Shown here piece after piece: positions 19,255 through 29,513 of a stretch of DNA of 64,000 nucleotides. Location: contig WAKC01000043.1 in NCBI GenBank assembly GCA_015523605.1, positions 47,339 to 111,338 on the forward strand, written 5' to 3'. Numbering within the stretch: position 1 is the stretch's first letter; each line of letters starts with the position of its first letter. This DNA is from Candidatus Geothermarchaeota archaeon (GTDB lineage Archaea; Thermoproteota; Nitrososphaeria; Geothermarchaeales; JDFR-13). The notes under the pieces were generated by a model that did not search any database, was not told where the DNA came from, and saw only the letters and a program-made list of their open reading frames with translations. The translations under genes and the position numbers were made by a program.

Positions 19255-19698
19255 CTAGGCAACTAGGAAAATCGAAAAGGCCGCTGACGGTATAAAGCCG
19301 AAGCTACTATCCCTAAACCCTCTATCTAGTACATAATGTATTCCATAGTATGGATCAAAATAATGAAACAAGAATCCATCAAAATCGTTCCAGTATTCAT
19401 ACCAAGTTCCATTGAAGAAATCAACAAATACATATATATCTTCAAAATTTAGATCTATATAAACATAGGCCAGAGCAATATCGCCATTAGGGAATATTGC
19501 AAGTGCTTCAACTTCCCAAACAGATGGACCAGTTTGAATCCATGGATCCACGTTTGTAGCTATTACAGTAAGTGAGGTTCCCCTAGCATCAATAATGTTA
19601 AGAACGAGGTATGGAGAGACAAGGAACGCTTGAGAACCTGTGACCGGAATAAACAGCACTGCCAACGCTAAAGCCGCCAATAAAATTCTCTTAATCAT
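19255..19698 (-). CDS. hypothetical small secreted protein, aromatic-rich
   Basis: Signal peptide MIKRILLAALALAVLFIPVTGSQA. The body is Tyr/Phe/Trp/Asp-rich. Confidence 0.4.
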   Translation of the reverse strand: MIKRILLAALALAVLFIPVTGSQAFLVSPYLVLNIIDARGTSLTVIATNVDPWIQTGPSVWEVEALAIFPNGDIALAYVYIDLNFEDIYVFVDFFNGTWYEYWNDFDGFLFHYFDPYYGIHYVLDRGFRDSSFGFIPSAAFSIFLVA

Positions 19699-20032
19699 AA
19701 TTATCTAATGTGTTCCATACGTATATAAAGCATTAGTTTTAAATGGCTCTGCTTTTAGATTTATACCGCTAAGAAATTTTGTAAACTATTTCTATTTTTA
19801 ATTTTATAGATAATTTCTTATAAATATTTATGTAAAGCAAAAAAGTTTTTATAGTGGAAGTAACACTGAAGTGTACTAGACAATTAATATATCTTTTTCC
19901 TTTAGGTGAAAACAGACTAAATAATCATAATTATATTTATACTTTAATATTCTTATCAAATTTTTATAATTTAATTATTATATTCTTTGAGAGAATAGCT
20001 GGTAATATAGGATAAAACCAAAAAGCTTATTT

Positions 20033-21022
20033 TTATATGTCTATCTTTACATGACTGATATTGTCGTTATCAATTCTAACCTTTATTATGGTCTTAACTT
20101 CTTTACCCGTTGTCTTAAGCACATTTTCTTTTCCTCCGTAGTCTGGTTTTTCGAGAATACACACGACGTCCTTTACATTCACGCCATTATCTTCTAAAGC
20201 TTTAATTATTGGAATTAATGTGCCTCCTGTAGATATCGCGTCATCTATTATTATTACATTCTCACCCCTCTCTACTCCGTATATATAGTACTTTCCAGAC
20301 TCGTATCCGGATGCATATTCTACAACCGATAGAAGTCCTTTATCGGTAAACCATCTTTTCCTTATTATTGCTAGAGGTTTCTTTTTGAGGTTTGCGACTA
20401 GTGTTGCTATAGGAATTCCTAGGGCTTCTGGTACTACCACTTTGTCTATGTCGTCAGGGGTTATTTCATGGACTTTTCTGGCGATCCAGCTAACTACCTC
20501 TGGACTTGGAGGTGGGATATTATCTGTTATGGGGTTGATGATGTAGTTGTAATGGCTTCTATTATCGTCTTTTACCCATTCTCTCTTCTCTATCCATGCG
20601 TTCTCAAAGTATCTAACTAGTTCCTCGATAATTTCTTTTTCAAATTTCTCATATACCCCCTTAGATTCCTCTAAAACCCTGAAGAAGCATGTCTTGTTTC
20701 CAGTGTGGCATGCCGGCCCATAGGGAATTACTAGGTATATCAGGGTGTCGGTATCACAGTCCACAAGTATATTTATAACTCTCAACCTATTTCCAGAGGT
20801 CTCCCCCTTAAGCCATAGCTTCTTCCTCGACCTACTCCAGAAATGGGCATACCCTGTTTCCACTGTTTTCTCCAGTGCTTCTTTATTGGCATATGCAGCC
20901 ATAAGCACTTCCCCAGTTATATAATCCTGTACTATAACTGGGGTTAATCCCCCTCCTTTATCAAAATCTATGTCTTCGATTCTTATTCCTCTCTCCATCT
21001 TAGTCTCATCTCCAGAAGTCAA
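20033..21022 (-). CDS. hisI: phosphoribosyl-AMP cyclohydrolase (HisI) fused to a C-terminal type I phosphoribosyltransferase (APRT-like) domain
   Basis: Residues about 10-115 read [81 protein letters not shown], the full HisI signature. Residues about 150-329 carry a PRTase fold with [29 protein letters not shown] and the PRPP loop [14 protein letters not shown]. Divergent from hisG. Confidence 0.8.
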   Translation of the reverse strand: MTSGDETKMERGIRIEDIDFDKGGGLTPVIVQDYITGEVLMAAYANKEALEKTVETGYAHFWSRSRKKLWLKGETSGNRLRVINILVDCDTDTLIYLVIPYGPACHTGNKTCFFRVLEESKGVYEKFEKEIIEELVRYFENAWIEKREWVKDDNRSHYNYIINPITDNIPPPSPEVVSWIARKVHEITPDDIDKVVVPEALGIPIATLVANLKKKPLAIIRKRWFTDKGLLSVVEYASGYESGKYYIYGVERGENVIIIDDAISTGGTLIPIIKALEDNGVNVKDVVCILEKPDYGGKENVLKTTGKEVKTIIKVRIDNDNISHVKIDI

Positions 21023-21229
21023 TCTAGACCGTCCAAAACATTTTTATATAAGTAGGTATGTATGATTTAAATGTTTACACTCCGAGGTGTTAGAGGTGTA
21101 TCTGGGTGGTTTAGTTCATATCGACCTATAGGTTAGCTGTAACAGAGTCTATCTACTCTCCTGCATATCCTGAGGCTCCTAGGACGGCGATACAGGGTAT
21201 CCTCTATACAGTCCTGTTTATAAGGAGAG

Positions 21230-22192
21230 GTGATTACAGTGGCTAGAGTTAGATTTGCTATTCCGAAGGGTTCTCTTGAAGATGCTACCATACGCTTTTT
21301 AATGGATGCTGGCTATGAATTGGCTGGTTTTGACAGGTCATACAGGCCGAAGATCAATGATCCAGATATTGATTTGAAGGTTCTACGCCCTCAGGAGATC
21401 CCATATCTTATTGAGAGTGGGAATCACGATATTGGAATAACGGGTATCGACTGGATTTTGGAGAGTCGTGCGGATGTTGAAGTCCTTTTAAATCTGGAGT
21501 ATGGATGGGTAAGACTAGTCCTAGCAGTCCCAAAGAGTTTTAACGATGTCAACTCATTTGAGGATCTATTGAAGATGAAGTATGAGTCTAGAGAGCCGTT
21601 GAGGATATCGACGGAATATCCAAATATAGCTGTACAATATATTATGGAGAACAGTCTCTATAGACAGTTATATGGAGAATCTTCTCCAGAAGTTATAACT
21701 CCTTGGTGGGTAAAGGGAGAGAATAGCAAGGTAAAGATCTTCTTATCCTTCGGAGCCACTGAGGCCAAACCCCCCGAGGATGCCGATGCAATCATAGATG
21801 TGACTTCCACTGGTACGACTCTAGAGAGGAATAACTTGAAGGTGATAGATTCGATAATGGAATCTACAGCGGTTTTGATAGCGAATAAGGATGCTTTAGA
21901 GAGTGATAAGAGGGAGAAGATTTATGATATAAAGGCTTTGTTGGAGGGAGTTATCAATGCTAGACGTAGAGTACACATCTTCGTCAATGTCAAGGAGGAG
22001 AATCTCGATGAGCTTCTCAAGCTATTGTCAGGATTGAGGTCTCCCACCGTCTCGCCCTTAGCGGAGGAGGGTTGGTACTCAGTAAATACGGTAGTTACAA
22101 AGGAGGATTTCCTGAGGATTATGCCTGAGATCCGTAGGTTAGCTCAGGGACTAGTTGTATACAGGCCTAAGCAGATATTGATGCTAGACTAG
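21230..22192 (+). CDS. hisG: ATP phosphoribosyltransferase, long form
   Basis: AIPKGSLED...ITGIDW..; 320 aa including a C-terminal regulatory domain. Starts at the GTG at 21230 or at 21239, with GGAGAGG upstream. Confidence 0.85.
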   Translation: MITVARVRFAIPKGSLEDATIRFLMDAGYELAGFDRSYRPKINDPDIDLKVLRPQEIPYLIESGNHDIGITGIDWILESRADVEVLLNLEYGWVRLVLAVPKSFNDVNSFEDLLKMKYESREPLRISTEYPNIAVQYIMENSLYRQLYGESSPEVITPWWVKGENSKVKIFLSFGATEAKPPEDADAIIDVTSTGTTLERNNLKVIDSIMESTAVLIANKDALESDKREKIYDIKALLEGVINARRRVHIFVNVKEENLDELLKLLSGLRSPTVSPLAEEGWYSVNTVVTKEDFLRIMPEIRRLAQGLVVYRPKQILMLD

Positions 22193-22202
22193 GGTGTGAT
22201 TT

Positions 22203-23492
22203 ATGAGGATTTACCAATTGGTCGATCCACGCCAATTAGCCATCGAATTACGTAAATCTACAGAGATAATTAAGAGATATGATGAAGCCATTAAATCTAT
22301 TGAGAAGATAGTAAATGATGTAAGGCTACATGGGGATGATGCTCTTTTCAGATATACATATGAATTTGATGGGGTCGATCTTAGAGATAAAGGCCTCCGT
22401 GTAACTCGGGAAGATATTGAGGAAGCATATAACAGGGTTACAAATAGATTTATTAGTTCTGTCGAGGCTTGTATAGAACGTATAGAGGAGGTAGAAAGAT
22501 CTCTCTTGATGAAGGTCAAGGATAGAGTCGATTTCGATGATGGTTCATATATAGTCCAGACCGTTAAACCGATTGAGAGAGTCGGATGTTATATCCCACG
22601 TGGTTCAAAAGGCTATCCTAGCACAGTTATGATGACATGTGTCCCAGCCATTGTAGCGGGGGTTAAGAAAATTTCAATAGTCAGTCCTCCACTAGAAGAT
22701 GGATCAATAAGTCCATATGCTTTAGTAACTGCTGATATCCTAGGTATTAAAGAAATCTTCCGTGTTGGAGGCCCACAAGGTATAGCAGCATTGGCCTTTG
22801 GGACTGAGACGATTCCTAAGGTAGATAAAATTGTGGGGCCAGGTAATTTATATGTCTCAATAGCCAAAGCCATTGTATCTAGGTATGTCTCGATAGACTT
22901 TTTTGCGGGTCCAAGCGAAGCTCTAATATTTATCGAGGATGTAAAGAACATCAGAAGGGTACTTTACGATGTAATATCTCAGATGGAGCATGGACCAGCT
23001 AGTGTGGTAGGGGTTGTAACTACCTCGAAAGATGTTGTCGATAAATTGATTGATGGACTTCCAAAATTACTGGATTTATATCCAATGATTAGAGGGTCAT
23101 TGGAAAATATGTTTATAATGGTTGGGGATCTGGATAAATGTATCGAATTTATAAATGAATTTGCCCCTGAACATCTCAGAATATACTCGAATAACTATGA
23201 AAAAATGATGAATTTGATAGAGAATGCTGGCGTAATTTTGGCCGGTGAGTATTCTCCAATACCCTTCAGCGACTACTGTATGGGGACAAACCATGTATTA
23301 CCTACACTGGGTTGGGCAAAAAGTGTTTCTGGTCTTTCTGTATTAGACTTTATCAAGGTAGTTAGGATTGGAGTCGGTTCAGCAGAGAGTCTCGATAGAT
23401 ATGGTCGTTATGCTCTCGAGATTGCAAGGGCCGAGGAATTTAACCTCCATGCTGATACATTGGAGGTGTTTATTGATGACAGAGAAGTCTAG
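22203..23492 (+). CDS. hisD: histidinol dehydrogenase
   Basis: 429 aa. Motifs GPGN.YV, SQMEHG and CMGTNHVLPT. Confidence 0.9.
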   Translation: MRIYQLVDPRQLAIELRKSTEIIKRYDEAIKSIEKIVNDVRLHGDDALFRYTYEFDGVDLRDKGLRVTREDIEEAYNRVTNRFISSVEACIERIEEVERSLLMKVKDRVDFDDGSYIVQTVKPIERVGCYIPRGSKGYPSTVMMTCVPAIVAGVKKISIVSPPLEDGSISPYALVTADILGIKEIFRVGGPQGIAALAFGTETIPKVDKIVGPGNLYVSIAKAIVSRYVSIDFFAGPSEALIFIEDVKNIRRVLYDVISQMEHGPASVVGVVTTSKDVVDKLIDGLPKLLDLYPMIRGSLENMFIMVGDLDKCIEFINEFAPEHLRIYSNNYEKMMNLIENAGVILAGEYSPIPFSDYCMGTNHVLPTLGWAKSVSGLSVLDFIKVVRIGVGSAESLDRYGRYALEIARAEEFNLHADTLEVFIDDREV

Positions 23493-24558
23493 GTTATCTA
23501 TTCAAGATCCTAACCTGTTCGATTACGAGGTCAAGTCTTATCCACAGGGATATGTTAGACTAGATAGGAATGAGAACATAGTTATACCTAATGAATTGGT
23601 TAGGAAGCTAGTTGAATCTGCATTTGAAGATCTAGATATAAGGGTTTATCCAGATGAGAACATTGTTGATTATATATCCCAATGGGAGAATGTCTCTCCA
23701 AGTCAGATTGTGGTTGGTAATGGTGCTGACGATATACTCTATAAGCTTTCACTTGCTATATATAGGGATGGGGGTAAAGCTATTTTAAACGTCCCAACTT
23801 ACTCGATGTATAGATGGTTTTTAGAGAGGGTCTCTGCAGAGATAAGTGAGGTATTATTGAAGCCTGATTTTTCCCTCGATTTCGAGAGTATCCATAAAAA
23901 CTATGATAGAAATGTTAAAGCCATCTACATATGTAGCCCTAATAATCCTACAGGAAATCCATTTAACAAATTCTCTATAAAGAGGCTCTTGGATGAATTT
24001 GATTCTATCATCATATTAGATGAGACATACTCCTTCTTCTCTAGAGAAAGGGCTGTGGAACTACTGAGAGAGGGGTATGAGAATCTAGTTATAATTAGAA
24101 GCTTCTCTAAAATCGGGTTTGCAGGTATCCGATTTGGATATGCATTGGCCAGTGAGAATTTAGCATCTACTATCCATAGATTCCAACCTCCATATTCAGT
24201 AAATTCTATGACACTAGCTATTGTAAAAGAGGTTATCAAGAACTTCGATCTAATCGAGAATGTTATAAAAGAGGTGGTGAATGAAAGGGATAGGATGTAT
24301 AGGAGATTGAAGAGGTTTAGAGAGCTTATAGTCTATCCCTCAGAGGCCAACTTCCTTTTAATTAGGGTTTTAGAGGGAAGTTTTAGAGGACTACTGGATT
24401 TTCTACTTTCCCGGGGAATTGTTGTTAGGGATGTGAGTAACATGCCTCTATTGAAAAATTGCTTTAGACTGTCTATAGGTACGATGGAGACTAATGATAA
24501 CGTATTGGAATCTATAAAGGCTTTTTATGAGGAATTTGGAGGTGTTTATAATGGGTAG
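23476..24558 (+). CDS. hisC: histidinol-phosphate aminotransferase
   Basis: Class II aminotransferase with the PLP lysine in SFSKIGFAGIRFGY. Start placed at the in-frame ATG at 23476 (MTEKSRL), preceded by GGAGGTG; the longer ORF-track start would overlap hisD by 125 nt. Confidence 0.85.
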   Translation: MTEKSRLSIQDPNLFDYEVKSYPQGYVRLDRNENIVIPNELVRKLVESAFEDLDIRVYPDENIVDYISQWENVSPSQIVVGNGADDILYKLSLAIYRDGGKAILNVPTYSMYRWFLERVSAEISEVLLKPDFSLDFESIHKNYDRNVKAIYICSPNNPTGNPFNKFSIKRLLDEFDSIIILDETYSFFSRERAVELLREGYENLVIIRSFSKIGFAGIRFGYALASENLASTIHRFQPPYSVNSMTLAIVKEVIKNFDLIENVIKEVVNERDRMYRRLKRFRELIVYPSEANFLLIRVLEGSFRGLLDFLLSRGIVVRDVSNMPLLKNCFRLSIGTMETNDNVLESIKAFYEEFGGVYNG

Positions 24559-25090
24559 GAAAGCCCATGTACATAGGGTTACGGATGAAACCGATATATA
24601 TGTTGAGGTCGATATAGATGGTGCTGGGAATGTGGAGATTGACACTCCATTGAAGTTCCTAAATCATATGTTATATACTTTTGGTAGATATGCATCTCTA
24701 GATTTGAAGGTTTATGCTAGAGGAGATTTAAATCATCATATTGTTGAGGATACTGGGATAACCCTGGGTATGGCGTTGGACAAGGCCTTGGGTGAAAGAA
24801 CTGGAATTAAAAGATTTGGTTCTGCAATAGTCCCCATGGATGATGCACTTGTTATTGTGTCTCTTGATTTGAAGAGGAGGATCTACTACACTATAAACTT
24901 GGGTCTTGAGGGTTATATTGAAGATGTATATTCAGGAGACCTTATACATTTCCTTAGGTCGTTGGCCTCAAACACGGTTATGACCCTCCATGTCCATGAA
25001 TTGGCTGGATTTGACGGGCATCATAAGATAGAGGCGGTTTTCAAGGGTCTGGGTATGGCGTTTAGGGAGGCCAGTAGGTTGGTAGTATGA
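24551..25090 (+). CDS. hisB: imidazoleglycerol-phosphate dehydratase
   Basis: IGPD motifs HHIVEDTGI and HH..E. Start at the ATG at 24551, after a GGAGG. Confidence 0.85.
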   Translation: MGRKAHVHRVTDETDIYVEVDIDGAGNVEIDTPLKFLNHMLYTFGRYASLDLKVYARGDLNHHIVEDTGITLGMALDKALGERTGIKRFGSAIVPMDDALVIVSLDLKRRIYYTINLGLEGYIEDVYSGDLIHFLRSLASNTVMTLHVHELAGFDGHHKIEAVFKGLGMAFREASRLVV

Positions 25091-25701
25091 AGGGAGCTAT
25101 ACTAAATTATGGTGTAGGTAACCTATTCAGTGTTAAAAAAGGTTTTGAAGCACACTCCAATACAAGAGTTTCTATTATAGATATGGAGAATCTAAATAAA
25201 TCTTTCTTGAGGAGTGTAGACTTCCTTGTTTTTCCTGGTGTTGGGCATTTTACAGCCGCCTCTAAGAAGCTTTTACCAATGAAGAATTTAATCATGGAGG
25301 CTGTAGATGAAGGCTTAAGCATATTTGGGATATGCCTTGGACTCCAGTTATTAGGTTTCTCAAGTATGGAGGGTGCTGGGAGAGGCTTAGGTGTATTTAA
25401 AGGGCATTCCGTGAGGTTCCCAGACGGTGTTAAAATCCCTCACATGGGTTGGAACAAAGTGGAGTACCTGAGGCCTAGTAAGCTATTTGAGGGTATAGAC
25501 TCACCATACTTCTACTTTGCCCATTCATACTATCTAAGTCTAGACGACTCTAGATATGTCTTGGGAGTGACGCATCATGGGGTGTCCTTTCCATCCGTCG
25601 TGGGCAAAGAACTGGTTGTAGGAGTTCAGTTTCATCCTGAAAAATCTGGTGATTCTGGGTTGAGACTTATAAAAAACTATCTGGAGATGATTAAGGGATG
25701 A
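25087..25701 (+). CDS. hisH: imidazole glycerol phosphate synthase, glutamine amidotransferase subunit
   Basis: Class I GATase with the catalytic Cys in GICLGLQLL and a C-terminal His/Glu. Confidence 0.85.
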   Translation: MKGAILNYGVGNLFSVKKGFEAHSNTRVSIIDMENLNKSFLRSVDFLVFPGVGHFTAASKKLLPMKNLIMEAVDEGLSIFGICLGLQLLGFSSMEGAGRGLGVFKGHSVRFPDGVKIPHMGWNKVEYLRPSKLFEGIDSPYFYFAHSYYLSLDDSRYVLGVTHHGVSFPSVVGKELVVGVQFHPEKSGDSGLRLIKNYLEMIKG

Positions 25702-26423
25702 TCGTCATTCCCGCGATAGATCTTATGGATGGAGGGGTTGTCAGGCTTGTCGAGGGTGACCCCAACTCTAAAATCAGTTTTCACTCATTTAGAGATCCCT
25801 ACTTGACACTGGAGTATTTCCTTTCATATGGGGTTGAATTGGTTCATGTAGTAGACCTTGATGCCGCCTTAGGAAATGGAGATAACATAGCTGTTGTTAG
25901 GAATATCGTTCGGGAGTATGATGTTAATATTCAGTATGGTGGTGGGATAAGGAGTATTGACATTGCGAAGAAGTTGTTGGATATGGGTGTATATAGGGTT
26001 ATATTGGGTACATTGGCATTGGAATCGGCTGATTCAGTGGCTAAACTAATATCGGAATACGGGTTTGAACGGGTGATGGTCGCCCTAGATTATGGATTGG
26101 ATGGATATATTCGATATAAGGGTTGGAGGGAGAAATCGGATATAAAACTGTATGATGGTTTAAAGTTTTTCAAAGAGTTGGGATGTAGAAATTTCCTTCT
26201 TACTTGTGTAGAGAGAGATGGAACATTGAAAGGAGTGGATAGGGAATACATTCCAAGGGTGGTTGATGAAGCACACATCTATGTAGCTGGCGGAGTATCG
26301 ACTCTAGAGGATATCAAGTTTTTAATGAATGTAGGGGTCACGGGAGTGGTCATAGGTAGAGCATTGTACGAAGGTAAACTAGACCTTAATACCGTCTTGG
26401 AGTTGGTGGGGAATGCTCGTTAA
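25698..26423 (+). CDS. hisA: ProFAR isomerase
   Basis: (beta/alpha)8 barrel HisA pattern VIPAIDL..G..VRL; follows hisH. Confidence 0.85.
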   Translation: MIVIPAIDLMDGGVVRLVEGDPNSKISFHSFRDPYLTLEYFLSYGVELVHVVDLDAALGNGDNIAVVRNIVREYDVNIQYGGGIRSIDIAKKLLDMGVYRVILGTLALESADSVAKLISEYGFERVMVALDYGLDGYIRYKGWREKSDIKLYDGLKFFKELGCRNFLLTCVERDGTLKGVDREYIPRVVDEAHIYVAGGVSTLEDIKFLMNVGVTGVVIGRALYEGKLDLNTVLELVGNAR

Positions 26424-27180
26424 AAGGATTATCCCCTGTCTAGATGTATATAAAGGACGGGTTGTTAAAGGGATAAAGTTTAGAAATTTAAGGGATGCAG
26501 GGGATCCGGCTATTCTAGGATCAGTATATTCTGAGGAGGGTGCAGATGAGTTAGTATATCTTGATATTACAGCCTCCTCTGAAGATAGGTCTGTAATCGT
26601 GGATGTAGTTCGAAAGGTTGCGAAAAGCATTGATATCCCCTTTACTGTAGGGGGTGGGATAAACTCGGTGGAGACGGCTACCCAAGTCTTGACCAATGGT
26701 GCGGATAAGATCTCGATAAATACAGCGGCTGTAAAGAGTCCTGGTTTGATAACGGATTTAAGGGATATATTCGGTAGTAACTGTGTGGTTGTAGCTATAG
26801 ATGCTAAGAGGAACCTCGGTGTAACTCCTTCTAATTACGAGGTTTACATATATGGAGGTTCTGTGCCAACTGGTTTAGATGTGGTTGAATGGGCTAAGAA
26901 AGTGGTTGAGTATGGAGCTGGAGAGATACTTCTAACCTCTATTGACCATGATGGCACAAAGAAAGGATTCGACCTCGAATTAACCAAGATGGTTTCTGAG
27001 GCGGTAAACGTACCGGTAATCGCAAGCGGTGGAGCTGGGAATATAAAACATTTTATAGAGTTATTTAAAAAGACGGATGCAGATGCAGGTTTAGCTGCAA
27101 GTATCTTCCATTTTGGAGAAGTTTCCATACGTAATTTGAAAGAAGAGTTGAGAAGAAACGGTATACCGGTGAGACTATAG
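26413..27180 (+). CDS. hisF: imidazole glycerol phosphate synthase cyclase subunit
   Basis: RIIPCLDV..GRVVKG and the characteristic HisF C-terminal half. Confidence 0.9.
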   Translation: MLVKRIIPCLDVYKGRVVKGIKFRNLRDAGDPAILGSVYSEEGADELVYLDITASSEDRSVIVDVVRKVAKSIDIPFTVGGGINSVETATQVLTNGADKISINTAAVKSPGLITDLRDIFGSNCVVVAIDAKRNLGVTPSNYEVYIYGGSVPTGLDVVEWAKKVVEYGAGEILLTSIDHDGTKKGFDLELTKMVSEAVNVPVIASGGAGNIKHFIELFKKTDADAGLAASIFHFGEVSIRNLKEELRRNGIPVRL

Positions 27181-27266
27181 TTGTAGAGGTCCAATTTACA
27201 ATTTATATCCATATCCTAATCGTTTTACTTAGATATGGAATTTCCATTAAATTGAATCATATAATC

Positions 27267-27920
27267 TTATTTGACCTCAACGATCTTTTTACCTAATTTC
27301 TTTGCTGTGGATGAAATTTTAAATCTAATTCTACGTGTAAACGGTATTTTATTAGGTATGTCTCTGACTCTCCTACCAGTCAATACTGAATACAATTCTA
27401 TATCGGAGTAGTCTATAGGTCTCCAGTCATTAGGCTTTCTTGCTTTTAAGAAGACACCTGGCGCCTCCCAATCACTACATAAACTCTGTATTTCGAAGTC
27501 GGAAAAGATTTTTTTCATATCCTCAATCTCATATCTCCAATAGTCATGTGGATATCCATGATATTTGAAGCCTCTAGACCTAGTTGTGATATAAAGATAT
27601 CCACCAGGCCTTAGGAGCATTTTCATATTATTTATGGCTTTTCTCCAGTCTCGAATATGCTCTAGAGTCTCGGTTGAAATTATAACATCAAAGGAGTTCT
27701 CACCAAAATAGTCCAATGCATCCTCTACGGGGAGTACGATATCAACATATTTTCCTGGCTCTATATCAACGCCGACGTATCTCTTGGGATTACAGAACTT
27801 CTCGACAATTGGTCTTATACTTCCATTTACGTAACGACTGCCGACTTCTAAAACTTCCTTGCCATCAAATTCTCTTCTATCCAAGTTTTCTATGAACCAC
27901 ATTAATATGGAAACATGCAT
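27267..27920 (-). CDS. class I SAM-dependent methyltransferase
   Basis: Motif I VLEVGSRYVNGS and motif II VGVDIEPG. Confidence 0.6.
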   Translation of the reverse strand: MHVSILMWFIENLDRREFDGKEVLEVGSRYVNGSIRPIVEKFCNPKRYVGVDIEPGKYVDIVLPVEDALDYFGENSFDVIISTETLEHIRDWRKAINNMKMLLRPGGYLYITTRSRGFKYHGYPHDYWRYEIEDMKKIFSDFEIQSLCSDWEAPGVFLKARKPNDWRPIDYSDIELYSVLTGRRVRDIPNKIPFTRRIRFKISSTAKKLGKKIVEVK

Positions 27921-28256
27921 TGGAAATCCATCCTCCCAACAGGTAAGGGTCTTGAAAGAAATTTTATCACACGATTAACTGATTTAGTAAATGTAAAGTG
28001 TCTCAGGTTTAACACGAAAATATTGTCCATATAGTTTAAGGTATTCATTAAGCTGTAATAAATATTTTCCAAAAAATAAAGGTCAGTCAAATGCCTTTTC
28101 GTCACCCCTCAGATACGGAGGTATTCATCATCCCAATATTTAATAATGTTTAAAATCATTATTATTCGGTATCCATTTTCATTTAGAAGACGATTCATAC
28201 CTCCATCGGTGGTTATGAGTATATTAATAGAATATTGAGGTGCTATATTAGTATTA

Positions 28257-28826
28257 TTGGTAGTTATGAGTGGAAAGACTGATTTAGGAATTTCTGAGAT
28301 TAATAGGAAGTTGTATGCTTATCTCTCTCAGATAATGGGTATCAGAGCCTATGATATTATGGAGTCTCCAGTCTCTGTGAATCCTGAGATGTCCATTGTA
28401 GATGTTGCTAAGATTATGGATGAGAGTGAGAGTGGCGCTGTTATAATTGTTGATAGGGATAAAGCCATTAAAGGTATCATTACATTTAAGGATATAGTTA
28501 CACGGGTTGTTGCAAGGGAGTTGGATCCTAAGAAGGTTAGGGCTGGGGATATAATGACTGAGAATGTATATTTTGTTCCGGCTGATGCTACTCTGGAGCA
28601 GGTTGCTGCTGTGATGCTTAAATTTGGTGTTAGACGTGTACCTGTGGTGAACAAGTTTGGTAAGCTGGTGGGTATAATCAATGCTAGAGATCTAATTGGA
28701 TTTCTAAGTATGCAGAGAGACCTACTCACTAGGGTTATTGCGACTATGGATAGTGAACTTAAAAAGTATGCTGAGGAGGTCGCTAAGAAGAAGGAGGAGG
28801 AAGAAGAGACGGGATTATATGGATAG
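28257..28826 (+). CDS. CBS domain-pair protein with acidic C-terminal tail
   Basis: Two CBS repeats (IVDVAKIM...; LEQVAAVM..VRRVPVV). C-terminus KKKEEEEETGLYG. Confidence 0.7.
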   Translation: MVVMSGKTDLGISEINRKLYAYLSQIMGIRAYDIMESPVSVNPEMSIVDVAKIMDESESGAVIIVDRDKAIKGIITFKDIVTRVVARELDPKKVRAGDIMTENVYFVPADATLEQVAAVMLKFGVRRVPVVNKFGKLVGIINARDLIGFLSMQRDLLTRVIATMDSELKKYAEEVAKKKEEEEETGLYG

Positions 28827-28943
28827 TGCCGACAGGAACGTTGATTATCTCAATGTTATGATAAAGAGTTGACCCGGTAAGCTTCATTTTAATCTAACAT
28901 GTTTCTATTTCTATGTGTTCTATAGCCTAGAGTTATCCATTTG

Positions 28944-29435
28944 TTAGAGGGATGAGAGGGCCTCTTTAAGCTTGTCATATGTTTGATACAAGTGTTCAAC
29001 TATCACTTTTGTCTCTGCTATTATAGGCATATAATTTGTATCTCCAACCCATCTGGGTACGATGTGGATGTGGTAATGTTCTTCGATGCCTGCACCCGCC
29101 GCTTTTCCTATATTAGCGCCTATGTTATATCCCTGTGGCTTCATCGTCATATCAAGTATTTTTATACATAGCTTGATTAGATTTGAAATATCTCGGTCTT
29201 CATATTCATCTAGGTCTAGAGGGGTTGGTGTATGCTTATATGGGGCTATCATTAAATGTCCATTATTGTATGGATACTTATTGAGGATTATGAATGCTTT
29301 TTCACTCCTATATAGTACTAGATTCTCCCTATCGTTGTCTTCTCTAATTACTCTACAGAATAGACATTCCTTTTCCTTAGGTTTTTTTATGTATTCCATT
29401 CGCCATGGGGCCCAAAGCCTCTTCAACAGGACCAC
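28944..29435 (-). CDS. HIT family nucleotide hydrolase/transferase (second copy)
   Basis: N-terminal APWRMEY...CLFC and histidine triad HYHIHIVPRW. Confidence 0.7.
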   Translation of the reverse strand: MVLLKRLWAPWRMEYIKKPKEKECLFCRVIREDNDRENLVLYRSEKAFIILNKYPYNNGHLMIAPYKHTPTPLDLDEYEDRDISNLIKLCIKILDMTMKPQGYNIGANIGKAAGAGIEEHYHIHIVPRWVGDTNYMPIIAETKVIVEHLYQTYDKLKEALSSL

Positions 29436-29513
29436 CTTATAAGGTTAATTTATTCAATAGTATTTACGCATATTAGAATATTATGTAAGAGGGAATTATT
29501 AATAGGTGGTGGT

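Noticed and set aside
23368-23492. Apparent 125-nt overlap between hisD and hisC in the ORF track
   Set aside because: An in-frame ATG at 23476 with an upstream GGAGGTG gives a conventional 17-nt overlap. The longer N-terminus is probably not translated.
27902-28105. 67-aa minus-strand ORF in the 335-bp methyltransferase/CBS intergenic region
   Set aside because: Overlaps the start of the methyltransferase gene, has unusual composition and no upstream signals. Likely spurious, though the large spacer itself may hold divergent promoters.
8033-29435. Two HIT-family genes (8033-8467 and 28944-29435) considered as a possible toxin/antitoxin or duplicated module
   Set aside because: They are 20 kb apart on opposite strands, have different subfamily signatures (plain HIT versus APWR/CxxC-containing) and no small partner genes. 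Ordinary paralogs.
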